A stretch of 8,637 nucleotides of DNA from Tubiluchus corallicola (GCA_030141605.1 JAQGDQ010002210.1:1-8637), one strand, 5' to 3'. Shown: positions 1-8,100, counted from the first letter of the stretch. Notes: generated from the sequence alone by a model not told the origin. Program-made: numbers and translations.

Positions 1-120
1 ATTTGATAATGTCCGGAATGTAGTGTGGAAGCTCATGTTCAGCTAAACGGAAAAAGTGTGTCGTAGAACGCACACATCGGAACTACTGCCAGATTCGCCA
101 GACCTACCGCAAAAGTTGCC

Positions 121-168
121 ACACACACGCGCACGCGCACACACGCACACACACACACACACACACAC
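121..168. repeat. Compound (CA)n/(CG)n microsatellite
   Basis: acacacacgcgcacgcgcacacacgcacacacacacacacacacacac: uninterrupted purine-pyrimidine alternation, read directly from the sequence. Confidence 0.95.
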
Positions 169-682
169 GTGCCTTGACATACATAGTAATACAAAATATA
201 AGTACACAGTAATCGTCATTTTCTCTCTGATTCTATTTTTTCATTTTTTCTCACACACAAATTAGCCAAGTGAAAATGATGTTTGCTTCTACGTTTATAT
301 TAACGTTTTGCTGACATCAACATAGCTTTATCCTTTAAATGAGCCCAGTGATGTTAGTTTTTTGTTCATGAACAATAAAAATGTACTGGCATCGCAGCTT
401 AGTATAAGTTGCCAACAACTTTAAATCTTTCTATCTAGACAGTCTGTGTTGACACACATCTCTTTCTTATCTATAAAGGTTCAGTAGGGTTAAAATCTTG
501 GACCCACGGAAGCTATAAATATTCGTAATAAAAACTACCTTATACTTAAACTTACTTTAAGGCATTGTGTAAAATTTGGAGAGCTAGCTTTGCTGCTTTT
601 AATTTGGCATCTTTCATTTATGATTCCTAACCCTCTTTGGTTTTTATGAGTGAAAAGTTTAATAGGTTACTTTTTTTGTTGT

Positions 683-967
683 GCACTTGTCTTGGTATGC
701 AGCTGTCTAGACGTGTAATTGTCTAGGCCAAGTTTTGTAGGCACGCACTTGTTTTGGTGGTATGCAGTTGTCTAGACCTGTAACTGTCTAGGCCAAGTTT
801 TGTAGGCACGCACTTGTCTCAGCGTGCAGTTGTTTAGACCTGTAATTGTCTATGCGAAGTTTTGTAGGCATGCACTTGCCTTGATGTACAGTTGTGTAGA
901 CGTGTAATTGCCTAGGGCACGTTTGTAGGCAGTCACTTGTCTCGGTGTCCAATTGTCTGGACCTGCA
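683..967. repeat. Minisatellite, ~62-bp unit, about 4.5 copies
   Basis: Units start at 683, 745, 810, 872 and 933 (62, 65, 62, 61 bp, then partial). The first unit is GCACTTGTCTTGGTATGCAGCTGTCTAGACGTGTAATTGTCTAGGCCAAGTTTTGTAGGCAC. Copies diverge more towards the 3' end. Confidence 0.93.
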
Positions 968-1019
968 TAGTTGGCTCATTGCGGATTCAGTGCAGGTTCT
1001 GGGCGTTCAGTAACTAGTA

Positions 1020-1080
1020 TACAGTTTCCCAGCACTTACACATCGGTTTCACCTTTGGCGGTTTCACCTACTTGTAGACT
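1020..1080 (+). mobile_element. Possible remnant of a pogo/Tigger-type (Tc1/mariner) terminal inverted repeat
   Basis: TA (1020-1021) followed by CAGT.., then a direct repeat CGGTTTCACCT at 1044-1054 and 1059-1069. This resembles my recollection of Tigger/MER44-like ends (TA|CAGT..CCC..CGGTTTC..TT..GCGGTTTCA). No partner end found. Confidence 0.3.
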
Positions 1081-1114
1081 GGCAGTTTTAAAACCTAAAT
1101 TGTTATTGTTTCAG

Positions 1115-1278
1115 TGCAGTACAAGGAGGGTTCGAATTTATGCCTTTCGCTCTACATGAACGAGGTTTCATTGCTTCAATCACAGCTTTGTGTTCCGAAG
1201 AACAACTGAAAAAATGGCTTCCTCTTGCTTCTAATTGCGCCATACTGGGAACATACGCACAAACTGAACTCGGACATG
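1115..1278 (+). CDS. ACOX1: Peroxisomal acyl-CoA oxidase (ACOX1-like), internal exon equivalent to vertebrate exon 3
   Basis: Acceptor ttgtttcAG ends at 1114; donor GTATGT starts at 1279. From 1116 it reads AVQGGFEFMPFALHERGFIASITALCSEEQLKKWLPLASNCAILGTYAQTELGH(G), containing the ACOX signature GTYAQTE(L/M)GHG. Exact orthology among ACOX paralogs is not established. Confidence 0.92.
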
Positions 1279-1319
1279 GTATGTTATCAGAACTAGCGAC
1301 TAACCTAAGGAAAGAACAG

Positions 1320-1478
1320 CAAAGACAAATTGATAAGCAAACTGACAAGCATTTAGGTAAATAGGCAGGCATGTGGGTAGGTAAACAGGCAGCTGGATGA
1401 TAACTAAGAAGTTAAATGTGCAAACCAGTGGTAAATCAAGTAACTGAATCAGGAGCTGACTGATTGACTGACTGACTG
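1320..1478. repeat. Degenerate tetranucleotide-derived low-complexity tract ending in (GACT)n
   Basis: GACA/GGCA/GGTA-like words, ending in gctgactgattgactgactgactg at ~1455-1478. Confidence 0.55.
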
Positions 1479-1737
1479 GGTGACAATTTTTTTTTATTTT
1501 GTCCACCTGTGAAATAAGCTATTTTGGCCAAACAACGAATTTCCTTTTATATGTCAACTGATAAAAGCAACTTTTGCAAGTTTTGTAAAGCTTTAAAAAA
1601 TTACTCCGCCGTTAGTCGATTTGTAAATAAATGGTTGAGCGTTTTATAAATCGATGGATTTGTATGTGGTTTGAAAAAAGACCATTACCAATCCTTCTTC
1701 GCTACCTGTATCTGTAAAAACTGTTTCGTCATTTCAG

Positions 1738-1845
1738 GCACAAACATAAGAAAGCTAGAGACGACGGCCACGTACGATCCAGTGACTCAAGAATTCATCA
1801 TTCACAGCCCAACTTTGTCATCTATAAAGTTCTGGCCAGGATTTT
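1738..1845 (+). CDS. ACOX1: ACOX1-like internal exon (108 bp, phase 1-1)
   Basis: Acceptor atttcAG ends at 1737; donor GTAAGT starts at 1846. Joins the previous exon in frame (G|GC = Gly): (G)[35 protein letters not shown](L), matching the ACOX motif [12 protein letters not shown]....P.....K.WPG. Confidence 0.95.
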
Positions 1846-2542
1846 GTAAGTAATTCAAGCAGAAGTGTCGTTATTTTTAACTACTGTTCTGTGTAACGTT
1901 TTCAGTTCACTTGGTATATTGCCTATAACATTGATCGTTGAATGTGTGAAGAAACGCAAACGAACTTGAGTAAAAATTAAGTAAAAAAAAGCATGGGCAA
2001 GAAAATACTCTTCTTAAATAAAGCTTAAAAATTAGCTTAAAATTTTGTATCACCTATACACACTTATTTTACTTATTTATATAAAATATATTATTTGTCT
2101 TAAGCACAGAGCTTGCAGTAACAGCAACGCTGTATAAAACTTGTCAATTTAAACTCCCGCGATGACCCTTGTGCGCAGCCATTTTAACGGTAAGTCGTTT
2201 GAAACAAGTTTAGATAACATTGCATAAAGTTCGAAAAATAATCAGAGCATTCGTAGCACACACTTCTCTGACTAAGCAAAAGTATAAATTACTTATTGTT
2301 TCGAATCAGTGGTACACCCTCAGTCACCCTGGTGTGGTGATACAGTGACAGTTTACCAGTTGGTGCGAACATATGATATTATGGCGACTTTTCTCTTCCA
2401 GTTTCATAAGTTCTTCATACATGTAAACGTAATACTAAGTAACATAACTTTGTATGAAAAGTTTTTTAGGATATATAAAATTCCCCTTTCCCCTTTGTTG
2501 TTTTATCAATTTGGTAATTTCTAAGCACTGTATGTATTTCAG

Positions 2543-2662
2543 TGGGAAGGACCAGTACCCATGTGATATGTGTGGCTCAGTTGTACACGCAAGGAAAATG
2601 TTATGGCATTCACCCGTTTATCGTACAGATCAGAAGCCTGAAAGATCACTCCATACTTCCAG
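2543..2662 (+). CDS. ACOX1: ACOX1-like internal exon (120 bp, phase 1-1); not shown in the ORF track
   Basis: Acceptor gtatttcAG ends at 2542; donor GTATTG starts at 2663. In frame (T|TG = Leu): (L)GRTSTHVICVAQLYTQGKCYGIHPFIVQIRSLKDHSILP(G), matching ACOX1 LGKT..H..V.AQL.T.GKC.G.H.FIV..R....H..LPG. Confidence 0.95.
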
Positions 2663-2809
2663 GTATTGGCTTTCTCTAAACTCCGATCTTGTACAATGAC
2701 TTTTACCTAAAATATTTGTATCAAAGAAAAATACTCTCTTTGAAATAAATACGTTAGTTTAATTATGTAAACTATCATCTGAATTATCATCCGAAATTAT
2801 CATCATAAA

Positions 2810-3460
2810 ATCGAAGAGCAAGATCGAGTGAATTCAGGTCCAAATCCAGGAGCATGGATTATCATTTGACTGTGTCTGGTTCAGTATGGTTTACTCGTGC
2901 AAAAAACTGTAGGTTATTACCCCACAAAACCTAAATACTTATGAAAAATTAACCCAAAGCCCTAGGAGGAGTTGAATGATAATAGAAAAACTGACCGGTG
3001 TCCAGTGTGCTTGTCCCTTCAACCAAGGTCACCCTTCACCACACATTTTCAAGGTGCCTATCTGCCCTGCAGGTTTCGTACAAACTATCTTGACTCTAGC
3101 TCTTTGCATTTCGAGTTAAAAAAGGTGGATGCTGGATGCCTGACACAATGATGATGATGACAAAAATTAGCGCGCGGTTGCTCTTAGATCTGCGATGCTC
3201 GTGGATAAAAGTGAAGTAATCCATGCCACTTCGGACAACTGACTTATCAATAGAAAGTCTGAAGGTAGCAGATACTTGTGAGTAGTGTGGCTTAGTAATC
3301 CCTGGCTTCTTCAAATCAATGTCTTACTGTTCACAAGTTTGTTGCTAGCAGTATGGTTGTAAAGCCTTTGATGCAACAAAGCAAACCAAAGCAATATTTA
3401 AAGCAAAACACGACGATTTTTCACAACCTACCCCATTTTGAAGTAGGGCAAAATGTATAC
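2810..3460 (+). mobile_element. Possible highly decayed 3' fragment of an RLE-type non-LTR retrotransposon (Hero/NeSL-like)
   Basis: Motif fragments in the expected order but in different frames and with stops: IEEQDR..GAW (2810-2857), TPQNL (2919-2933), CPVC (2999-3010), TLHHTFSRCLSALQ (3031-3072), KAKHDDF (~3400-3420), FEVGQNVY (3437-3460). Recognised from memory of the consensus only. Confidence 0.35.
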
Positions 3461-3835
3461 GTTTTAACACATAAAAGAATGCCAACGCATTTCTGATAAT
3501 TAAATCATAGGTTAAAAACTTAATTAACGGTGGGCAAGCCCAACTAGTAATGACGTCATAAAAGAACACAATTTTCAACTCCACAAAATTCCATGAGTGT
3601 GCTGAACGTGTTTGCAAAAGAGAAAGTTGAAGTACAGTGCTACTATACAACATTCAGTGTAATATACAAAAACTCGGCAAATTTCAAGATAAAAATTGAA
3701 ATTTTAAATTTACAGCTGTGCTCACGCATGAGGTCATGGACGTGCGCATTACGTCATAACCGAACAGTTCTGAACTTAGTGGTACAGCACCTGTTTTTCA
3801 TGCAACACGTTTCCGAAATACATGTGCTAATACCT

Positions 3836-3995
3836 TGTCATGTATTGATAATACTGCGTATGAATACCATAGTAGTGCGGATGGTTATAAGTTGTTCGGT
3901 TTATGGCAGCGAGGCATAATAGATTAAACTTGTTTCTTATTAGATAAACGAAGCCCATATCGTGTTTAAAATAATAAAGAAGTACAAATATAACA
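3836..3995 (+). repeat. 5' LTR (160 bp)
   Basis: TGTCAT...ATAACA imperfect terminal inverted repeat; 157/160 identical to 8115-8274; TTATAA at 3885-3890 and AATAAA at 3973-3978. Confidence 0.97.
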
Positions 3996-3996
3996 G

Positions 3997-4006
3997 TGGC
4001 GACGAG
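3997..4006 (+). promoter_or_regulatory. Primer-binding site, complementary to the 3' end of tRNA-Ser(GCU)
   Basis: TGGCGACGAG begins 1 nt after the LTR. Its reverse complement CTCGTCGCCA matches the 3' end of metazoan tRNA-Ser(GCU) as I recall it. Confidence 0.8.
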
Positions 4007-4074
4007 TTTATGAAGAAACCGAGACTTGTCTGCTGTAAACCACAGAAACCGTAAGTTAGTCATCTATTGTTAAA

Positions 4075-7000
4075 ATGGAAAAAACTGTTATTCCAAAATT
4101 TGATTGCCTGTCTGACCCAGCAACTTTGGGCACACGCTGGCAAAGGTGGCTAACGTCATTTGAACTGTATGCGGACGGCAAAGGTCACATCGTTGGAGAA
4201 AACGCTGCTGCAGCTGTACGACAGCAGAGACGTGCGCTTTTGTTGCACTTAGCTGGCACCGATGTTCAAGAGATCTTTCGCACATTGCCAAACACAGGTG
4301 AAGCCAACGACTACGTTGCGGCAGTGAATGCTTTAAACACATATTTTGTACCGCAAATTAATCCAGCATTCGCTCGACAGACTTTTCATCAGTTAAACCA
4401 GAAACAAGGAGAGACTGTACTTCAGTTTGTTACTCGTCTACGGACTGCGGCACGTGATTGCGAATTCGGCGGTGATTCAGACAATCAAATTCGTGACGCT
4501 GTGCTGTGTAAGTGTAATTCGGATTACATTCGTCGTAAGTTATTAGAATCTTATCAAGACTTAACGCTTGCTAATGTGTTAGATATTGCAAATAAATGTG
4601 AGAAAGTTGAATCCCAGATGAGATCATTAGTGGGAACTCCAAATTCCGCTGAAAAAGACAGTTGCAATCTAGTGCGCAACAAAAAACATAATTATGCGAA
4701 GTCGCGAAAATTTGCACAACATAACTCACCAGGAAAGAAGAAAAATTCTGGAGCCTGCTACAGATGTGGATCGCTCGATCATTACGGAAGTGACCCAAAT
4801 TGCCCAGCCAAAGGTCAAACGTGCAAAAAGTGTGGTGGTAGAAGAGATCATTTTGCCAAGGTATGCAAGATTAAATTAAATAAGTTGAATAAAACTGGGA
4901 CCAAATATGCTAATGTTAATCAAGTGAAAAATGATTCAGATGATGAAAACTGTCACTCTGGAAGAAAGCTGTATACCTATGCTTCAAAGGAGCCTCTATC
5001 GATTAAAGGCACATTCACATGTGAAGTTAAAACTGGTCAAAAATGGACAGATGCTGAATTTGTTGTAATCCATGGTGAAGGTATTTCATTGTTGGGTGAG
5101 GAAACTGCAACAATATTGGGAGTACTGAAAATTGGCACCGAAGTTGCTGCCGTGAGTAGTGAGAAATTAACACTTAACAGTTTGAAAACGAAATTTCCAG
5201 AAGTGTTTCAAGGTGTTGGCAAGCTCAAAACCAGGCAGGTGGAGTTGCACATTGATGAAACAGTAACGCCTGTTGCACAACCGTTAAGGAGAACTCCTTT
5301 CAATTTAAGGGGCAAAGTTGAGGAGAAGATCCAGGAACTTTTAAATTTAGATATCATTGAACCGGTAGATGGTCCAACCCCTTGGGTCAACCCTGTAGTA
5401 GTTGCACCAAAGGACAAAGGTGACATCCGGTTATGTGTTGATATGCGCTGTGCAAATGAGGCAATTATCAGAGGACGTCATCCGATTCTGACAGTTGATG
5501 AAGTACTGCAAAACATGAATGGTTCAAAGGTATTTAGCAAACTAGACCTAAAATGGGGATATCACCAACTTGAATTATCTGAAAAATCGCGTGAGATAAC
5601 AACCTTTGTGGTACACTCAGGACTATATCGATACAAACGACTTCTGTTTGGGGTCAATTCTGCAAGCGAACAGTACCAGTATATGATAAGTTCTGCCCTG
5701 GCTGGACTCGAGGGTGTACAGAATATTTCTGATGACATAGCTGTATATGGTCCAGATGAAGATACACACTATGTACGATTGTTAGCTGTCATGCAGAGAT
5801 TATCTGAAATTGGCTTGACCTTGAACCCAGACAAATGTATCATCGGTATGAATCGGTTAGTTTTCATGGGGATACTTTTATCTGAGAAAGGTATAGGTCC
5901 AACTGAAGAGCGAGTAAGAGCCATCGAAGATGCACGAGAGCCGGAAACTGTATCGGAAGTTCGAAGCTTCTTAGGACTCGTTGGATTCAGTAGCCGATTT
6001 ATCCCAGATTTTGTTACTATATCGGAGCCGCTTCGCAAGCTAACTCGAAAAGGAGAACCATTTAAATTTGGACCAGAACAGAAGGAAGCCTTCAAGTTGC
6101 TGAAACAAAAGTTGGTAAAAGCTGCTACACTGGCTTATTATGATAAAGATGCACCAATTAAAGTGATAGCTGATGCAGGACCGGTTGGTCTTGGAGCTGT
6201 ATTGATTCAAAAGAAAGATGGTGACATGCAACCAGTCTGCTATGCAAGTCGTAGTTTGACAGCATGTGAGAGAAGATACTCGCAAACTGAGAAAGAGGCT
6301 TTAGCACTGGTTTGGGCATGTGAACGATTTCATGCATACGTATATGGACGCAAGTTTGAACTGTTAACTGACCATAAAGTTTTGCAAACTATTTACGGAC
6401 CTAGATCAAAACCATGTGCACAGATAGAACGTTGGGTACTACGATTGCAACCGTATGACTATAAAGTAGTTTATGTGCCAGGACAACAGAACATTGCTGA
6501 TCCACTATCATGTCTTTTAAGAGTAGAGGATACCAACAATCATGAACATGGCGCAGAGGAGTATGTACAATTCATTGCAGTTGAAGCAACTCCTAATGCA
6601 TTAACAACTAAGGAAGTGGAACAATTGTCAGGTTCTGATGAAGAGCTGAAGTGTGTTAGAAATGCTATAAAGACTGGCAAATTTGAAAACTGTAAAAACT
6701 ATGCACCCATAGCGGGAGAATTGTGCATAGTTGGACAATTAGTCTTACGGGGAACACGTATTATTCTACCTACTAAGTTGAGAATGCAAGCTTTGAGTTT
6801 GGCACATGAAGGGCACTTAGGAATTGTTGGCACAAAACAAAACCTTCGAACCAAGGTGTGGTGGCCTGGCATGGATAAAGCAGCTGAGAAATTTTGCAAG
6901 TCATGCCATGGATGTCAAATTGTTGCTCGTCCTGATCCGCCAGAACCATTGAGGCCTACGGTATTGCCAGATGGACCATGGCAGGACCTTGCCATTGACT

Positions 7001-7902
7001 TACTTGGTCCATTACCTTCTGGTCATTCTATATTAGTAATCATTGATTATTACAGTCGATACTACGAGTATGCAGTGATGATGTCAACGACAGTGGATAA
7101 GGTCATAGACTGCTGTGAAGAGGTGTTTGCTCGTCACGGGTTACCTCAAACGATGAAATCCGACAATGGACCACAGTTTCGATCCAGGGAATTCCAACAA
7201 TTTTGTTTTCAAAATGGAATCTCTCATTTAAAAGTTACTGCTCGATGGGCACAAGCTAATGGAGAAGTTGAACGTCAGAATCACTCTATCATGAAGCGCA
7301 TCAGGATTGCACAAGCTGAAGGCCGTGATTGGAAACGAGACTTAAGAAAATATGTTGCCAAGTACCGAATGTTAGAACATCAGACAACTGGGAGAAGCCC
7401 GGCTGAATTATTGTTTAATAGGAAATTGCGAGGAAAGATTCCAAGTTTTGAGTTAACCAATGTAAATTTAGAAATAGTTGATCGTGATGCAGAAGAAAAG
7501 GGGAAATCTAAGATTTACGCAGACTCAAGACGTAATGCTGAATATTCCTCGGTGGAACCAGGTGACAAAGTCTTGATGAAACAAGATCAGACAAACAAAT
7601 TTTCGACACCATTCAATTCAGAACCACATACGATTATTGATAAGACAGGAAACAGTCTTGTAGTGGAATCTCCCACTGGAGTTCAATACTCGCGAAATAC
7701 GAGCCACGTAAAGAGATTCAGGAGTAGGAGAGATGAGACAAGTACGCAATCATCTCCGACAGATCAGACTTCCACGACTCCTCCTGACATATCTATTAGT
7801 ACTGATATGGAAGCTGAGAATGAAAATTCTGAAATTTCCGTCAGAAGATCACAGAGGATTAAAAAGAGACCCATAAAGTTTAACGATTATATACTTAATT
7901 AA
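4075..7902 (+). CDS. gag-pol: Gag-Pol polyprotein, 1275 aa (capsid, 2 zinc knuckles, truncated protease, RT, RNase H, integrase)
   Basis: CYRC..H..C and CKKC..H..C (4756-4866); RT motifs PWVNPVVV, RLCVDMR, FSKLDLKWGYHQ, LLFG, ISDD (5725-5736); RNase H DAGPVGLGAVL, YSQTEKEALA, TDHK, NIADPLS; integrase HEGH..CKSCHGC with D (6997), D (7162) and E (7270), giving D-35-E spacing. No env or chromodomain. Confidence 0.97.
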   Translation: MEKTVIPKFDCLSDPATLGTRWQRWLTSFELYADGKGHIVGENAAAAVRQQRRALLLHLAGTDVQEIFRTLPNTGEANDYVAAVNALNTYFVPQINPAFARQTFHQLNQKQGETVLQFVTRLRTAARDCEFGGDSDNQIRDAVLCKCNSDYIRRKLLESYQDLTLANVLDIANKCEKVESQMRSLVGTPNSAEKDSCNLVRNKKHNYAKSRKFAQHNSPGKKKNSGACYRCGSLDHYGSDPNCPAKGQTCKKCGGRRDHFAKVCKIKLNKLNKTGTKYANVNQVKNDSDDENCHSGRKLYTYASKEPLSIKGTFTCEVKTGQKWTDAEFVVIHGEGISLLGEETATILGVLKIGTEVAAVSSEKLTLNSLKTKFPEVFQGVGKLKTRQVELHIDETVTPVAQPLRRTPFNLRGKVEEKIQELLNLDIIEPVDGPTPWVNPVVVAPKDKGDIRLCVDMRCANEAIIRGRHPILTVDEVLQNMNGSKVFSKLDLKWGYHQLELSEKSREITTFVVHSGLYRYKRLLFGVNSASEQYQYMISSALAGLEGVQNISDDIAVYGPDEDTHYVRLLAVMQRLSEIGLTLNPDKCIIGMNRLVFMGILLSEKGIGPTEERVRAIEDAREPETVSEVRSFLGLVGFSSRFIPDFVTISEPLRKLTRKGEPFKFGPEQKEAFKLLKQKLVKAATLAYYDKDAPIKVIADAGPVGLGAVLIQKKDGDMQPVCYASRSLTACERRYSQTEKEALALVWACERFHAYVYGRKFELLTDHKVLQTIYGPRSKPCAQIERWVLRLQPYDYKVVYVPGQQNIADPLSCLLRVEDTNNHEHGAEEYVQFIAVEATPNALTTKEVEQLSGSDEELKCVRNAIKTGKFENCKNYAPIAGELCIVGQLVLRGTRIILPTKLRMQALSLAHEGHLGIVGTKQNLRTKVWWPGMDKAAEKFCKSCHGCQIVARPDPPEPLRPTVLPDGPWQDLAIDLLGPLPSGHSILVIIDYYSRYYEYAVMMSTTVDKVIDCCEEVFARHGLPQTMKSDNGPQFRSREFQQFCFQNGISHLKVTARWAQANGEVERQNHSIMKRIRIAQAEGRDWKRDLRKYVAKYRMLEHQTTGRSPAELLFNRKLRGKIPSFELTNVNLEIVDRDAEEKGKSKIYADSRRNAEYSSVEPGDKVLMKQDQTNKFSTPFNSEPHTIIDKTGNSLVVESPTGVQYSRNTSHVKRFRSRRDETSTQSSPTDQTSTTPPDISISTDMEAENENSEISVRRSQRIKKRPIKFNDYILN

Positions 7903-8100
7903 ACTAGTTTACAGTGTGAATTTTGTTCAATTACAATTTACATTAACAGCTTACAGGATTTAAATTTAGACCTATCAAGTAATTAGTTTCAAGTGTGATG
8001 TTCAGCTTATTCTAGTTATAATATTGTGTTGGCAAGATATCGCCAAAATTGTGTTAGTTCTAGATAACAGACTTTTCATTACAAATTTAAGTTTCTGTCT

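Noticed and set aside
683-967. CRISPR-like array
   Set aside because: Units are contiguous tandem repeats with no unique spacers, there are no cas genes, and the context is a eukaryotic intron.
56-979. ORFs 56-265 (+) and 788-979 (-)
   Set aside because: They are translations of the CA microsatellite and the minisatellite, with no protein motifs.
1279-1364. Tail of ORF 1140-1364, and likewise the N-terminus of ORF 1671-1853 and ORF 2454-2699
   Set aside because: Read-through into introns beyond clear splice sites; ORF 2454-2699 is in a different frame from the real exon.
1-1737. Second, mutually exclusive copy of the exon-3 equivalent, as in vertebrate ACOX1 3a/3b
   Set aside because: Only one YAQTELGHG-encoding exon is visible; any duplicate would have to lie upstream of the window.
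2773-2806. Three copies of TATCATC within a 12-13-bp period
   Set aside because: Ordinary short slippage repeat in an AT-rich intron, with no further support.
5725-5736. RT active site ISDD instead of YxDD as an inactivating mutation
   Set aside because: Both catalytic aspartates are present, and I(S/A)DD variants are, to my knowledge, common in Mag-like invertebrate elements.
4088-6899. Antisense and alternate-frame ORFs inside gag-pol
   Set aside because: Short shadow ORFs with no recognisable domains.
4075-7902. Domesticated (host-exapted) gag-pol gene
   Set aside because: Both LTRs, PBS and PPT are intact and near-identical, and conserved residues appear to be decaying; this fits a recent transposon copy rather than domestication.
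7903-8100. env gene or other extra ORF
   Set aside because: Only ~200 bp of AT-rich sequence lies between the pol stop and the PPT.
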